Shown here: positions 27,572 through 40,600 of the stretch, piece by piece
How positions within the stretch are numbered: position 1 is the stretch's first letter
Layout of the letters: the number at the start of each line of letters is the position of its first letter
Source of the DNA: Paraspadella gotoi
Taxonomy: Eukaryota; Animalia; Chaetognatha
DNA length: 64,000 nucleotides
Direction of reading: 5' to 3'
Assembly: GCA_051294375.1 (NCBI GenBank)
Contig: CM119270.1
Coordinates: forward strand, 10,932,969-10,996,968
Notes under the pieces: model-generated
What the model was told of the DNA's origin: nothing
What the model saw: the letters and a program-made list of their open reading frames with translations, nothing else
Databases searched by the model: none
Translations under genes and position numbers: made by a program

Positions 27572-28262
27572 CTTCTTTTCTTCGATGGTTGATTGTTGAT
27601 TGGGATTCTGCCAAATGGATGGAAGCGTTAACCACTGCGGCGGAGGGGGGGGCGGCGGCGGCCTGCCGCTTGGGTGTGTCGGAGGCGGCTGAGGCGGCCG
27701 CCAGTTCTTCATGAGAAGACAGTAGAGATTCTGAGATAGAAACGCAGATAAAGAAGCTTCCGGAGGAAACAAAAAATAACAGTTAAAAAGTCAGAAAGTT
27801 TTCTTGTTTGTATAATGTATATTATTTACTATTCAGGAAATAACTCTTGCATTTTTATTTTTTGGATGTAGTTTTGGGTCATGAGAAAGTTTTTTTTATT
27901 TTTCCCCCCAACAGGAAGGATAATTTTTCAGTTTTCCTAAGACTAGAATAGGATTAGAGTACATAGAATGTTTAAATATTACCAAAATTAAATAAAACAT
28001 AGAAAGCAAGGAAATTAAGTTGCCAATTCCGTCACTCGTCCCCTCACAAGTTGGTGCTCCCAACGTCAGGTGACGAGCTAAGCATCACGTGATCCATCGT
28101 CACGTGACGAGCTCAGCATCACGTGACCCTCAGATTTTTTTTTTGTTTCGCTCAATCAATTTTCATCGGACGAAGATTTTTCCGCAATCGTTTTGGATTC
28201 TCTCACGGAAGGGGGGACGGGGGGCCAGCGGGTTGGGTGAAAGAGGGGAAAGAGGAGGAAAA

Positions 28263-28358
28263 AAGAGGAAAGAGGATGGGGTGATGAGGTGAGTTAGGAA
28301 AGAGGATGGGGTGATGAGGAAAGAGGAAAGAGGATGGGGTGATGAGGTGAGTTAGGAA
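28263..28358. repeat. Three tandem copies of GGAAAGAGGATGGGGTGATGAGG
   Basis: Direct inspection. Confidence 0.85.
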
Positions 28359-28937
28359 ACAATTGTCGACGCACGGGTGGTTTCAAGGTTGAAGATAAGA
28401 GAGAGATCCACGGGCTGTTGGGGCTTCAGAGGATTTTTGAAGTAGAGATCACGTGCTGATGGAAAAATTTGAAAAGTAAAAAGTGAGGCACATAAATTAT
28501 TAAAAAGCATAACGTAACTCCAAACGTTTCGTCTCTTGTTGATTTCGAAAACAGTGAGATACATAACTTAATTTTCTAAAGGAAGAGAGACGTACGATAT
28601 GCAGGCGGGTAAGTGATGAGAAAAAAAGTGAGTTAGACGAATGGGTGAGTCGATTGAACTACGACGGTCGCGAATGATGGGGTAGCGAGGAATAGCGGCG
28701 AGCCACTCGCTCGTTCGTCATCGTCGTCGTCGTCATCGCTCTTCGTCGTTGGTCGTCATCGTCGTCGTCGTTCGTCGTTCCTCGTCATCCATTAGAGTTG
28801 ACATCCACCTTCCGCTCCGTTAATGAAGACGAACCTGTCAAGAAAAATTTGTAATGTATTGCCTTTTTCCTTTTTTTATTTTGTGCATTTATTTTTATTG
28901 CATGTTTTCGTTTTTTGATAAATATTTTAATTTAAAG

Positions 28938-29106
28938 TTACAAAGAATTTGGTTTTTTTCTTTACAACGATTTTCATTTTTAAGGAGACATGTTTCGACT
29001 TTGGATTCGAGTCTTCATCAGCGCTTGACCAGAATTCAGAGTCGAAACATGTCTGCTTATGTAAAAATGAAATTCGTTGTAAATAAACAAACCAAATTCT
29101 TTGTAA
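28938..29106. mobile_element. Inverted-repeat remnant, probably Penelope-like element pseudo-LTR (two head-to-head partial copies)
   Basis: Arms TTACAAAGAATTTGGTTT...AGACATGTTTCGAC and GTCGAAACATGTCT...AAACCAAATTCTTTGTAA are reverse complements. The centre carries a hammerhead core. Confidence 0.6.
28982..29026 (-). ncRNA. Minimal type I hammerhead ribozyme motif (Penelope-type)
   Basis: Minus strand reads AAGCG-CUGAUGA-A-GACU(cgaauccaa)AGUC-GAAA-CAUG-UC^UCCUU. It has the core boxes, stem II, a palindromic ACAUGU stem III and a GUC cleavage triplet; stem I has one mismatch. Confidence 0.65.
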
Positions 29107-30377
29107 TCTATACAAATACAAAGAAAGAAAAGATTACTAGATGAATGTAAAGTTAAAAAAGATTATTCTAGCTCGACGGGAAAAATAGAAATAGAAATGA
29201 AAAGAAAATTGAAAAAAAAAAAAGAAATATAGAAAAAAAATCCTACCTTCACCATCGTCGTCGCGTCGTCGTCGCCGTCGTCATCTTCATTCTGTTATCG
29301 TCGTCGTTCGTCCATAACGTCGATTTTGACGTCGTCATCGTCGTCCTAACCATCGCCGTCGTCCTGATTGTCTCGTTGGTCATTTGTCATTCGATGGGGG
29401 AAAAAAATCTGCTCTCCTCCCTCTCACGGATTTTATTCGCAACGACGATGAAGACGACGACGACGATGACGCCGATTGCGGTGAAAATGATGATGAAGAC
29501 GACGACGACGAGCAAGGTCAGAGACTCAGGCATCAGCAGGAGAATAAAACGACAACACTAACAACGAAAATTTAAATAATATTATGAAAAGTAATAAAAG
29601 AGCAAATCAAGTTAAAAATCTGAAGTTTTCAATAAAAAATGCTGCATCTACTATATCTTCATAGAACAACTATTTCTCATGATATTTAAAGTTATTTTAT
29701 TTGTAATTCTAGTAATAAAAGTTTACCAGATTATAGTTCTCTGCTATTCGTCGCTACTTTCCTCTTTAATTCCCATTAATTCATTTATTTTCTTTTTTCT
29801 CTTAGACTTAATTTCCTTTTTTTTTTCTTAATTCGATTTGTTTCGTTTTGTCCGACTTGAAAAGTTACAAGAGTTTCGAAGTAGGAATAAAACGGAAATC
29901 AGCAAAAAGTCGAGGTCTAGTTTATATGTGTAATAATGCGTGATTTATAAATATTTTAGACACTTTCGTGTTTATTGGGAAGAGGAGATCATGAAAACAA
30001 AACGAGATGAAGATTGAACGAGTGAAATAATTGAGTTAAGTATTATTTATGAGATTTCAGGTATCGTTTTCTTGGGCGTCCATGAATATGTCAATGAGGA
30101 AACTTTCATATTCGTATCTAAGAATTTTCAAAATGTTTGCCAGCCATTTGTAAAGTTCTATTAGTCAATTAATGTTAAAATTTTTACAGTATTTATCCGA
30201 TCGGTCGGCTTTTTAAACGATCAGTTCTAGCGTTTGTATAAAAACGAACGTAGACAAACAAATCTTTCCAGACTCTTCCTTCCTGTCGGAATGTTTAAAG
30301 GTTATAAGGAAAAGGGTAAGTAATGGTAAAATGAAAAAAGAGAAAGAGGGAGAGAGAGAGAGAGAGAAGAGAGAGAG

Positions 30378-30423
<46 letters not shown>

Positions 30424-31656
30424 CTTCTTTTTCTCACACCTTCGTCAAAAAAGGGATGAAGACATTTCTCTCTTTTCGTAGACGCCGTCTCTCACCTTAT
30501 TGATGAGGAGGCGGAGGAAGAGGAGGAGTAGGAAAAAGATGATGAGGAGGAGGAAGAGCAAGAGGAGGCGGAGGAAGAAGATAAGGAGGAGAACCAGGCG
30601 TCGACGATCAGGTGCCTGGGAGGAAGCGAGTCGCACGACGGGTTCAAGAGAAAGAAGGAAAGTTAAAAAAAAAACAAATAAAAAAAAAGAAAGTATGACT
30701 ATAAGAAATGTAATAAAAGAAAGAAATAATTAAAAGAAACATCCATAGGGAATGGAATTTTTGTAAAAATAATATTTATTAGATTAGAAAACACAATAAA
30801 CTTGAATATCTAGATCTTTCTTTTGTTGACAGAAAAAAATGCATTTAAAAATTAAGAAAGAAGAAATTTCAAGAAAGAAAAAAAAACGACTTTACACTAA
30901 ATTCGCGAACAAACGAAAGTTGACTTCGTCTAGAAATTGCCACTTTTCGAGACTCTCTCTCTCTCTCTCTCTCTCTTCCTCTTCTCTTCTCTCTCTCTTC
31001 TCCTCTCTCTCTCTCTCTTTCCTCAATCTCAACCTTTAATCTTTCTTTTTTCCCTAACTCTAAAAATACAAAAAACAAAATACAAACTCATCTTATAGAT
31101 TCTTCAATGTACAAGCTCTGCTTTTAAACTACGTATGTCCTATTACTGACGTATTAGTAAAATCAAACAAACTTAATAATTTCCGTTATTAGCCTATTTA
31201 CGTTCCTCTTACGAGATGTCGCTTTGAAACAGCGAAAAGCAGCTCTTTTTATTCCTTTTCTTTTCATTTTCCTTCCTTCTTTTTATTTCCCTCTTTTTTT
31301 ATTTTTCCGTTTTATGTTCTCCGCTTTTTTTTCCTCATTTTTAATACGAAAACTCGAAAGTCTATCGACGCTCGTTTGGTTTTTTCTTGAATGTCAATGG
31401 GTAGGGGGTTGGGTAGGGAGTTGGGTAGGGGCGGTTGGGAAGGGGTTGGAGGTTGGGCAGTTAGTTGTGGAGAAAGGAAAGGCGTTTGTGGCGCATGAGA
31501 GGCGATGGGGAAGGAGTGTAGGGACAGCGAAGTTGCGTCACCGGCGCCGGTCGCCGGTAAAAGCCGCCCTCGGGGTCAGCGGCTATCAAATCCGAAGCTT
31601 TATGGAGTTGTGAAAACGGACAAACAACTCGTATAACTCAGAAAGAGAGTGAGAAT

Positions 31657-31717
<61 letters not shown>

Positions 31718-33962
31718 AGAGGAGAGAGAGAGTTTGAGGCAAAAAAGGAAGAGGAAGAGTAAGAATGAGACAGAGTAGGAAAGATAGAAAGAGGGGAAAA
31801 ATAAAACCGCTTTCCGAAGAAAACATAAATGTTAGAAAACAACTACTATATTTTAGGAATTATAAATACTCTGTAAAATACTAATGTTTTTTTCTAATTA
31901 CGTGAATGTGAAGAGGGACTTGTCATATTCCTTCTTTGTGATTTCCGTCTTGTGAAGTCCGCCTTTTCGTTCTCGGGTTCGTGGGCAAGGCGGCCTGGAG
32001 GTCCGTGGCCGCCTCCGTGCTTCCCGTCAAAACCTACAAACGATCGAGTAAACAAAACTAAACATCGTTGCCTTTACGTCCTCATCAAAAACTGTTGCGT
32101 AAATAAGGGACCGATCAGGTGGTGCAGAGCGCAATTGCAAAGACTGGAGCAATTCGAGGAGTCAAAAACTGAATTCACATGGCCACAAAATCCACAACTT
32201 TGATAACATGTAAGCGGGACTTAATTGGGAAAATATTAGGGATTGTTTTACATAAGTCTAAATTTATAGAATTCAATTATTGAGAAAAGTTTGAATTAGA
32301 CCACGATTTTTTTTCTAAATCTTTTCTCATTCCAAAACACAACGGAAAAAAAGGATTTCACAAAAAAAAACAAAAAAAAAACAGAATTCAATTATATATT
32401 CGTGGAGAAATACTACAAATTGATGGAAAGCAAGAAGCAAACGAAAAGGAAAAGCCCAAAAGCCTTTATCCCACTTTCTGTGCAAAAATGGTCGTGAAAC
32501 TTACGAGAGACGAGAAACCAAAGAAGATTCGGGAAAATCCGTCGTAAAAGACGTAAAGAGAAAGAGAGACTCGGATACTCAGCTACTTGTAAATCGGAAA
32601 TATTTTAGTTCGAAATAAGATAATATAAAATGAATTAGCCCAATGAGAGGACAAAAAGACAAAAAGAAAATTAAAAAGCGATGAGTTAAAAAAAAAATTG
32701 TTGCAGATATATCAAAAATTCTTTAAAAGGTGTGATAAAAGTAAAAAACGGAAGCTTAGAGCGCCGGAAGAAAAAATACAAAAAAAACAAAAAACAAAAA
32801 ACAAAAACGAACAGCCAACCGCGAGAAGAAGCAAAATTATTCGCAAAAAAAGGGGCGCAATCCTTAAAAGAAAAAGAAAAATGGGGGAAATGCTAAAAAG
32901 AAAGTTGAGATTCTCCCGTCGGCCCGAGATCGGGGTCACGACCCTCGTTATGGCGTCGCGGAGAACATTTGACGATTTTCCAAATAAAAACTCGGTTTTG
33001 AAGCCTCCATGATGAATGGGGTAGGGAAGGGGTGGGATAGGGGGATGGAAGGGTGCTGGGAGGAGAGAGGATTATGGATGGAAGGGAGAAGAAGATGATG
33101 GAAACGGAAAGAAACGAAACAGGAGATGGAAGAAGAGTAAAAGGAGGAAAGAAAAGAGAAGCATCAAAAAAAGACAAGAAAGAAAACAAAAAAAGAAAAA
33201 AAGAAAAAAAGGCATTCGTGGCAAAATGCTATCAAAATACTAAGTGAAACTCGACGGCTTCGGCAAAAAGTAAGAAAAACAAAATAAAAATAAAACTCAT
33301 ATAGAATTTCACGTTTTTATTTCATGGGAATTGCTTTACAAATTTCAACGTTCAGCTCAGTAATGGCGTACAAGCCCGTACTCACAAACACAGAAATAAA
33401 CATAAAACATAAAATTTCCTAAAATTGAAATCGTTTTTTGTTCACGTGTTTCTCGTTTTTTTTTTCGTTCGTTCGCCCGGCCCCCCTCTTTGTTCGGCAG
33501 CTGTTCTTCACTCTCTCCGGCCCAAGAACAAAAGTTCTCTTTGTTTCGCTCTTTTTTTGCTCGTGTTTTCTCTTTTTTGTTTTATCATTAGTCGCTCATC
33601 CGGTTTTTTTTTTTTTCACTTTGAAAAATACGCGATACAGACACGGTGTGGCCTGGCTCGAGAGAAAATAATTTCCTTTTTCTGTGATTCAAAAATTGAA
33701 TGCTGAAAATCGTTAATGATGTAAAGTTTAAAATAAGTTACAGCCCTTTAGAAATATATTCATCGTTTTATCATTCATTCTTCCATAAATTAATTAATTC
33801 ATTCTTTTACACATTTATCTAAATTTCCATTCACTTCAATGTCATCACCCTTCAAACACCAAATGCACCCATAAAGTACGTAATTCATTCATTCATGTTT
33901 CTTTCAATTCATTCACCAATTCATCCTTACATTACATCTCTCCCCCCACTGCCCCAATTCAG

Positions 33963-34118
33963 GATGAATACCACCCGTTCATCGAGGCCCTACTCCCCCA
34001 CGTCAAGCACTTCTCCTACACCTGGTTCAACCTCCAAGCGGCGAAGAGGAAATACTTCAAGAAGCACGAGAAGCGAATGGGGCTCGAGGAGGAGCGGAAG
34101 TGCAAGGAGGAGCTCATG
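33963..34118 (+). CDS. NFI: Nuclear factor I (NFI/CTF), DNA-binding domain exon A (internal coding exon, phase 0-0)
   Basis: Acceptor ...ccaattcAG| at 33961-62, donor |GTGAGT at 34119. Manual translation [52 protein letters not shown] matches the NFI N-terminal signature ([35 protein letters not shown]). The ORF track shows only the wrong frame here. Confidence 0.98.
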
Positions 34119-36678
34119 GTGAGTAGGAGCAGGGGAGAGAGGGATGTAGTGGAGTGGGAAAGGGTGTCTGGACTGAGGGTTGTAAGAGGTTTGAGAATTT
34201 GAGTGCTGGCTGAAGATCGTATTATAAAAAAATGAAATTAATGGTATAAGTTTAAAATTTACAAGTTATTCAGAATGTCGATGCTGATGAATAGATTGTC
34301 AAGTGAGACAAATAGAACAAAGACAACGACAATTACTTTAATGAAAACAATGACTATGACCACGAAACATCACAAATTCCTCCGGAAGAGTTTAGAGTCA
34401 GACGTCGGCGCCGATCTTTCGCGAACCGGAAAAAACCTTGATGCCTGAAAATGTAAAAAATTGTATCGGGATGTAACGAGTTTGGAAAGTGAAGGAAAAG
34501 GCTGACCGCGATCTTTGCGAACGCTGATTACGGAAAGAAGGGAAAAGGAGTCAGAGAATNNNNNNNNNNNNNNNNNNNNNNNNNNNNNNNNNNNNNNNNN
34601 NNNNNNNNNNNNNNNNNNNNNNNNNNNNNNNNNNNNNNNNNNNNNNNNNNNNNNNNNNNNNNNNNNNNNNNNNNNNNNNNNNNNNNNNNNNNNNNNNNNN
34701 NNNNNNNNNNNNNNNNNNNNNNNNNNNNNNNNNNNNNNNNNNNNNNNNNNNNNNNNNNNNNNNNNNNNNNNNNNNNNNNNNNNNNNNNNNNNNNNNNNNN
34801 NNNNNNNNNNNNNNNNNNNNNNNNNNNNNNNNNNNNNNNNNNNNNNNNNNNNNNNNNNNNNNNNNNNNNNNNNNNNNNNNNNNNNNNNNNNNNNNNNNNN
34901 NNNNNNNNNNNNNNNNNNNNNNNNNNNNNNNNNNNNNNNNNNNNNNNNNNNNNNNNNNNNNNNNNNNNNNNNNNNNNNNNNNNNNNNNNNNNNNNNNNNN
35001 NNNNNNNNNNNNNNNNNNNNNNNNNNNNNNNNNNNNNNNNNNNNNNNNNNNNNNNNNNNNNNNNNNNNNNNNNNNNNNNNNNNNNNNNNNNNNNNNNNNN
35101 NNNNNNNNNNNNNGAGTTCGTCTTGGGGTTAAAAACAGGTCCGTACCCACTTTGGGGGGAAAATATTGGTTCTCGAGGAAGATTAAGACTCAAAAATGAG
35201 CATGAGATTCGATTCGACGAAATCGACGCTAATTGGAGAAGTTTTCTTGAGAAGGCCGCCTCCGGTCATGGTGGGGCTCTTCCCTACGAAATCTTCCTAT
35301 GGGGCGATCGCCCTATGGGGTCTTTCTTTGGATCTGTGGGGAGAAGAAGAGGAAAGTTAAAAATAGTAGGATTAAGGGAAATAAAGGAGAAAAAAATATC
35401 GAGAAACGAGAGTAAGCGGGACAAAGTGAGAATGATAAAAAAATGAAGAGAAGAAAGAGAAGAAAGAGGAAGTGAAAAATTAAACAAAAGTTTTTAAACT
35501 TATTACATTTTGTAAATTATATGCAGGCACAATTAGTAGAAATGCATTTTTTTTTAACTTGCGGGAAAGATGAAAATAGACAGAAAAAAAAAAGCGACTG
35601 AAGCTAAGAAGAGTCGCTGATTAAAAATATTGTTTAACTTCGGATCGATCACTTAATTCTCCCAAAGCGATTCACAAGTCCATCGTCACATTCAACAATC
35701 CTATGACTCATCACTCTTGGGTAATAAACCGAATAACATTATCTTCTTTTCATTTTATTCTGAGCAATCGAGTTCTCTCTCACGCCACGATTATTATTAT
35801 TTTATAAAATGCATATAATACTTACTACTTACTTGTCAGTTGTAACTTTGACCACCAACCCTCACCCTTTCTCTCTCGTCCATTCCATTTTTCCAGTCTC
35901 ACCACCCCNNNNNNNNNNNNNNNNNNNNNNNNNNNNNNNNNNNNNNNNNNNNNNNNNNNNNNNNNNNNNNNNNNNNNNNNNNNNNNNNNNNNNNNNNNNN
36001 NNNNNNNNNNNNNNNNNNNNNNNNNNNNNNNNNNNNNNNNNNNNNNNNNNNNNNNNNNNNNNNNNNNNNNNNNNNNNNNNNNNNNNNNNNNNNNNNNNNN
36101 NNNNNNNNNNNNNNNNNNNNNNNNNNNNNNNNNNAGACGCTTGCCAAGTCAAGACGATGAAATAGAGAAAGAGAGATGGAGGGGCGAAAGAATGAATATA
36201 CAGAGAGAGAAAGATAGAAAGTCAAAAAGTTTAATGTAAACAAACAGTCGCTCCTCTTGGTACTATGCGGGGATTTTATAACAAAGAAAGAAAGACGGAC
36301 AAAGAGACAAAGACAAGGAGGTTACCAGCCACATTGGGGAAAAGTTATAGATTGAAAAATAAATATCTTCACTAAAGTTTAAAGCAGAATTCAAACAAAA
36401 CAAGTTAAGAACAATAACCCTTAAGGAGGCGGCTCTCCTCCACCTCCGCTACCATCTTCACTGCCTTTGCTGCAGCCCGCGCAGCTGCCGCCGCTTCCGC
36501 CGCGGCATGACGCACTTCCGTAATTTCTCTGAAAAGGTTCTAATCGATCAAAATTTGAACCAGAAACTGGTTTCTTCTTCCGCCCCACCCCTTTGATGCC
36601 CTTCCTTGCACGTCCTACTTATATCTGGAACTTACCAATTTCCTTAGGCTCCATTTCTCACTTTCTACATATTCCACA

Positions 36679-36760
36679 TTTTTAGTTTCGCCGCATAAGT
36701 CACTTTTCGGTCCGTCGGTCCGTCGGTCGGTCGGTATGTCTGTCCGTCGGTCTGTCCTAC
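36679..36760 (+). mobile_element. Second DINE-1/HINE-like remnant
   Basis: TTTTTAG...ATAAGTCACTTTTCGGTCCGTCGGT(CGGT/CTGT)n resembles ATAATTCACTTTGTCGGTCTGTCGGT of the 50.9-kb copy. Confidence 0.4.
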
Positions 36761-36908
36761 TTACGTTAAGATGCAGATAATTTGCCTATAGCTGGTTGCT
36801 CTTTTGTTCAGACAGAAAAAAAGATCAAATATAAGGGAATGCTCGCGCCGCCTTCAGGAAATGATGCAGTGCATGTCATAAATATACGGGCTAAGAAAGT
36901 TATTGCAG

Positions 36909-36997
36909 TCATGTTATGTCATGCCATGTTATGTCATGTCATGTGATGTCACGTCATGTCATGTCACGTCATGTCATGTCACGTCATGTCATGTCAC
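36909..36997. repeat. (CATGT/CACGT)n pentanucleotide repeat
   Basis: Direct inspection. Confidence 0.9.
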
Positions 36998-37489
36998 GAG
37001 AAATAAACGTGATAAGGCAATCACTGCGGCAACACATTTAAATTGCCGTTCTTTTTTTCCTTTTTCCTTCAGCCGACCGAGTATTTTTTTATTGGTGCCG
37101 TCAGGTAAAAAAACTTGTCCTGTGATTGATCACTTACCTCAGTATCTAATCCTATACCCTCAGTTCCTTACCTTTGAACAGTCCCATTGTTTACTCGGAT
37201 CCATTTCGTCCTTCGCCTTACCTTAACCCTTAACCGTCGCTTCGTGGAATTGTTGTTTCTCCATCGAAATTGCGGCACTTAACCTCGATTGCGACGGGAA
37301 ATCTCAAGGAAAGCGGGAAGTCAGGGTAAGGTTGGGTGAAGGCGCGTCGCATAAGGTTAGGTTTGGAAATTCGCGGTCGAGTAGAATGGATGAGTCAGTG
37401 TTTAGCGTTGCGGATGATGTTTTTAATTGGTGAAATCAATTTTATCGTTATGTTAACAAATATATTATGGGATTTTCTATTGTTTTTTT

Positions 37490-37518
37490 TCTTTCTTTCT
37501 TTCTTTCTTTCTTTCTTT

Positions 37519-37554
<36 letters not shown>

Positions 37555-37612
37555 TTCCTTTTTCTTTCTTCTTTCTTTCTTTCTTTTTTTGCTTTCTTCT
37601 TTCTTTTTTTTT

Positions 37613-37668
<56 letters not shown>
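37490..37668. repeat. (TTTC)n microsatellite
   Basis: Direct inspection. Confidence 0.95.
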
Positions 37669-40600
37669 TTATATTTTTCTTTTATCTCTTTTTTTTAAAT
37701 CGCTTTAGCGATTTACTTACCACTCGAAAATTGTACAATTGTTATTTATCAGTACATAATTATCATCATACTATAATTTTTATAGTTTTTAATAATTTTA
37801 ACCAATAAAATATGAAAATTTAAAAAACTTTTAATAATATTTTTATTCAATTTTTTAAGCACTTCCCAAATCCAGTTTTAAAAATTCTGAATTTGAAAAA
37901 AAAATCATGAATTATTGTAAAATAATAAACTTTAAATGCTTTTATGCTTTTATGCTTTTATGCTGGGTGGGATATTATATTGAGACAAAATTTAAAAAAT
38001 CATTACTCTAAAGCTTTTAAAATTAGAATAACTATTTGTATAATACATACTCTTAGCTTTTAAACAATATATTAATTGTTTTAAATTTTTTTATATTATG
38101 CTTTGTTTGATGCAGCAAAGGCAACTGCGCGGTTTTGAAGAAAAATGTTTTAATGCTTATTATTAGATCTTATTCTTATATATAAAAGTTAAAAATATTT
38201 TTGGAAGTACTTATTTTAATAAAATAATGCTTCTGGCAAGGTGTAGATGGTATTTTGGTTAAAGTTAAAGTTAGTAAGTAAGATTTGGGTAAGTTATTGT
38301 TATGGTTTATTTTTTATTAAAACTTACTTTTATCAAAAAAGCTTAAAATTAGGTAAATTGAAGATAAGATATAATACTGTCATGTTCAGAAAAGAGCACT
38401 GTATAGTGGTAATATTTCATACCCCACTACTCGTCATCAGCATCAAAGTATTATTAGTGCTACAGTAACAGTTCTGCTTGAAAGCGATTTACATGTATTG
38501 GCGCAGCCACTGGTTGTTGTTTTTCTCTCTCTTCCTCTCCCCCTCGTATTTTTTTACCTCTCACTCTCTCTCTTTCCCTGCCTCTCTCCAATCAATCTCC
38601 ACTCCCTCCTTCAAGTTTATCCTTGATAAATTTGTTTGGTTCAACCGCGGAGGCAACAGATTGAGATGAAGGCAGGATCTTTCCGACGGGGGAGCGGGGC
38701 GATATTACAAGCATCTTTTAAAAATCGCGTAACCTCTGTTGGGTGGGGAGCGAATNNNNNNNNNNNNNNNNNNNNNNNNNAGAAGAATCTCACCGACGTC
38801 CTCACATCTTCCACTATTCTTTCTCAACTCTGTTTGAAACTCTGCCCTTCGTCTGCTTCTCTCTCTCTCTCTTCCTCTCTCTCCTCTTACTTTCCTTTGC
38901 ACAAATAATTTGTAAAAAGTTCACCAAAACAATTTTTCTCTATGACGCTGAAGAGGCTTGTAACTAAAGCCGAAAACTGTACGTCCTTAATGTACTAATA
39001 AAATCGTTGTTGCAAATAAACAACCTTATTTCTACTAAATAAATCAGGTGTAAAAAAAAGGATATTGATAAGTAATTTGCTTTTAAAATACAATTACTTG
39101 ACTTTAAGTAAGGAAAGGGAAAAAAACTAATGGTTTTAATGTAAAATTTAACATCGTCCAAGGTGGTGCACGTCAATTCTGATTAACGACCTTGATAATC
39201 AGTTAAAGGCACTAAAGTTGTACTAGAACTTTCACATGTTGGTTATTTTTCGATTGATAGTTAAAAAAAGCATTACTGTTCATGATCAGCTATAAATTTT
39301 GACTGCAACTTCACTAGATATGACGAAGAGTGATAAATAGTCTTAAAAACATATACGATCCTAGCCCTATATAAGGCCTAGCGAAATTTGTTGAGAAATT
39401 AAAGAGAGAGGGAAGACAAAAATAATACATTAATGAAAAAAACAAAAAAGATAGAAATAGGAGAGTAGACGGCAAGAGCAAGAGAGAGTAGAGAGAGAGA
39501 GAGATCCGGCCCCGATCCGCTCGGACTTGACTCGGACGAGCCGACTCTCCATCGAAGAAGGAGCGAAGAAAATCTCCCCGATACGAGCGAAGAAGAGCCC
39601 GGAAGAGACAGTGGAGTCGATCGGAAGCCGTGCGCCGCTGCTCCGGTGACGGCTGCGCCGGAGAGTAGAAGTATATGAACGGGAGAAAAGGTTAGGGTTG
39701 GGGGAGGAAGAAATGAAGTTTAAGAGAGACGAAGGACTAAAAGAAGAGAGGTGTTTCTACTATTTATTTATTTATTTATTTAAAGCTGGCAGGGAAGGGC
39801 TGATAAAGAGGCTAAACTTATGTTAGTCGGCGGTAGTAATTTTTTAAAGAATGTGAATGAAGAAGACCTAAAAACGTCGCTCTTGGGAGGCAGTTTCTTC
39901 CAGCATTTCAGAAAGAGTCAAAGATTAATTAAGAGTAAGATAAACACAGAACATCTTTTTTTCTGCCCATTTCTACCTCAAGCCGTTTAAGCTTGCGAGA
40001 AACAATTTGAACTTGTTTCAAGATACCATCCGATTTTCATNNNNNNNNNNNNNNNNNNNNNNNNNNNNNNNNNNNNNNNNNNNNNNNNNNNNNNNNNNNN
40101 NNNNNNNNNNNNNNNNNNNNNNNNNNNNNNNNNNNNNNNNNNNNNNNNNNNNNNNNNNNNNNNNNNNNNNNNNNNNNNNNNNNNNNNNNNNNNNNNNNNN
40201 NNNNNNNNNNNNNNNNNNNNNNNNNNNNNNNNNNNNNNNNNNNNNNNNNNNNNNNNNNNNNNNNNNNNNNNNNNNNNNNNNNNNNNNNNNNNNNNNNNNN
40301 NNNNNNNNNNNNNNNNNNNNNNNNNNNNNNNNNNNNNNNNNNNNNNNNNNNNNNNNNNNNNNNNNNNNNNNNNNNNNNNNNNNNNNNNNNNNNNNNNNNN
40401 NNNNNNNNNNNNNNNNNNNNNNNNNNNNNNNNNNNNNNNNNNNNNNNNNNNNNNNNNNNNNNNNNNNNNNNNNNNNNNNNNNNNNNNNNNNNNNNNNNNN
40501 NNNNNNNNNNNNNNNNNNNNNNNNNNNNNNNNNNNNNNNNNNNNNNNNNNNNNNNNNNNNNNNNNNNNNNNNNNNNNNNNNNNNNNNNNNNNNNNNNNNN

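Noticed and set aside
28599-28614. ATG CAG GCG G|GTAAGT as NFI start exon
   Set aside because: It ends in phase 1, whereas exon A begins in phase 0.
33895-34122. 75-aa [11 protein letters not shown]...
   Set aside because: Wrong frame over NFI exon A; the real frame starts at the splice acceptor at 33963.
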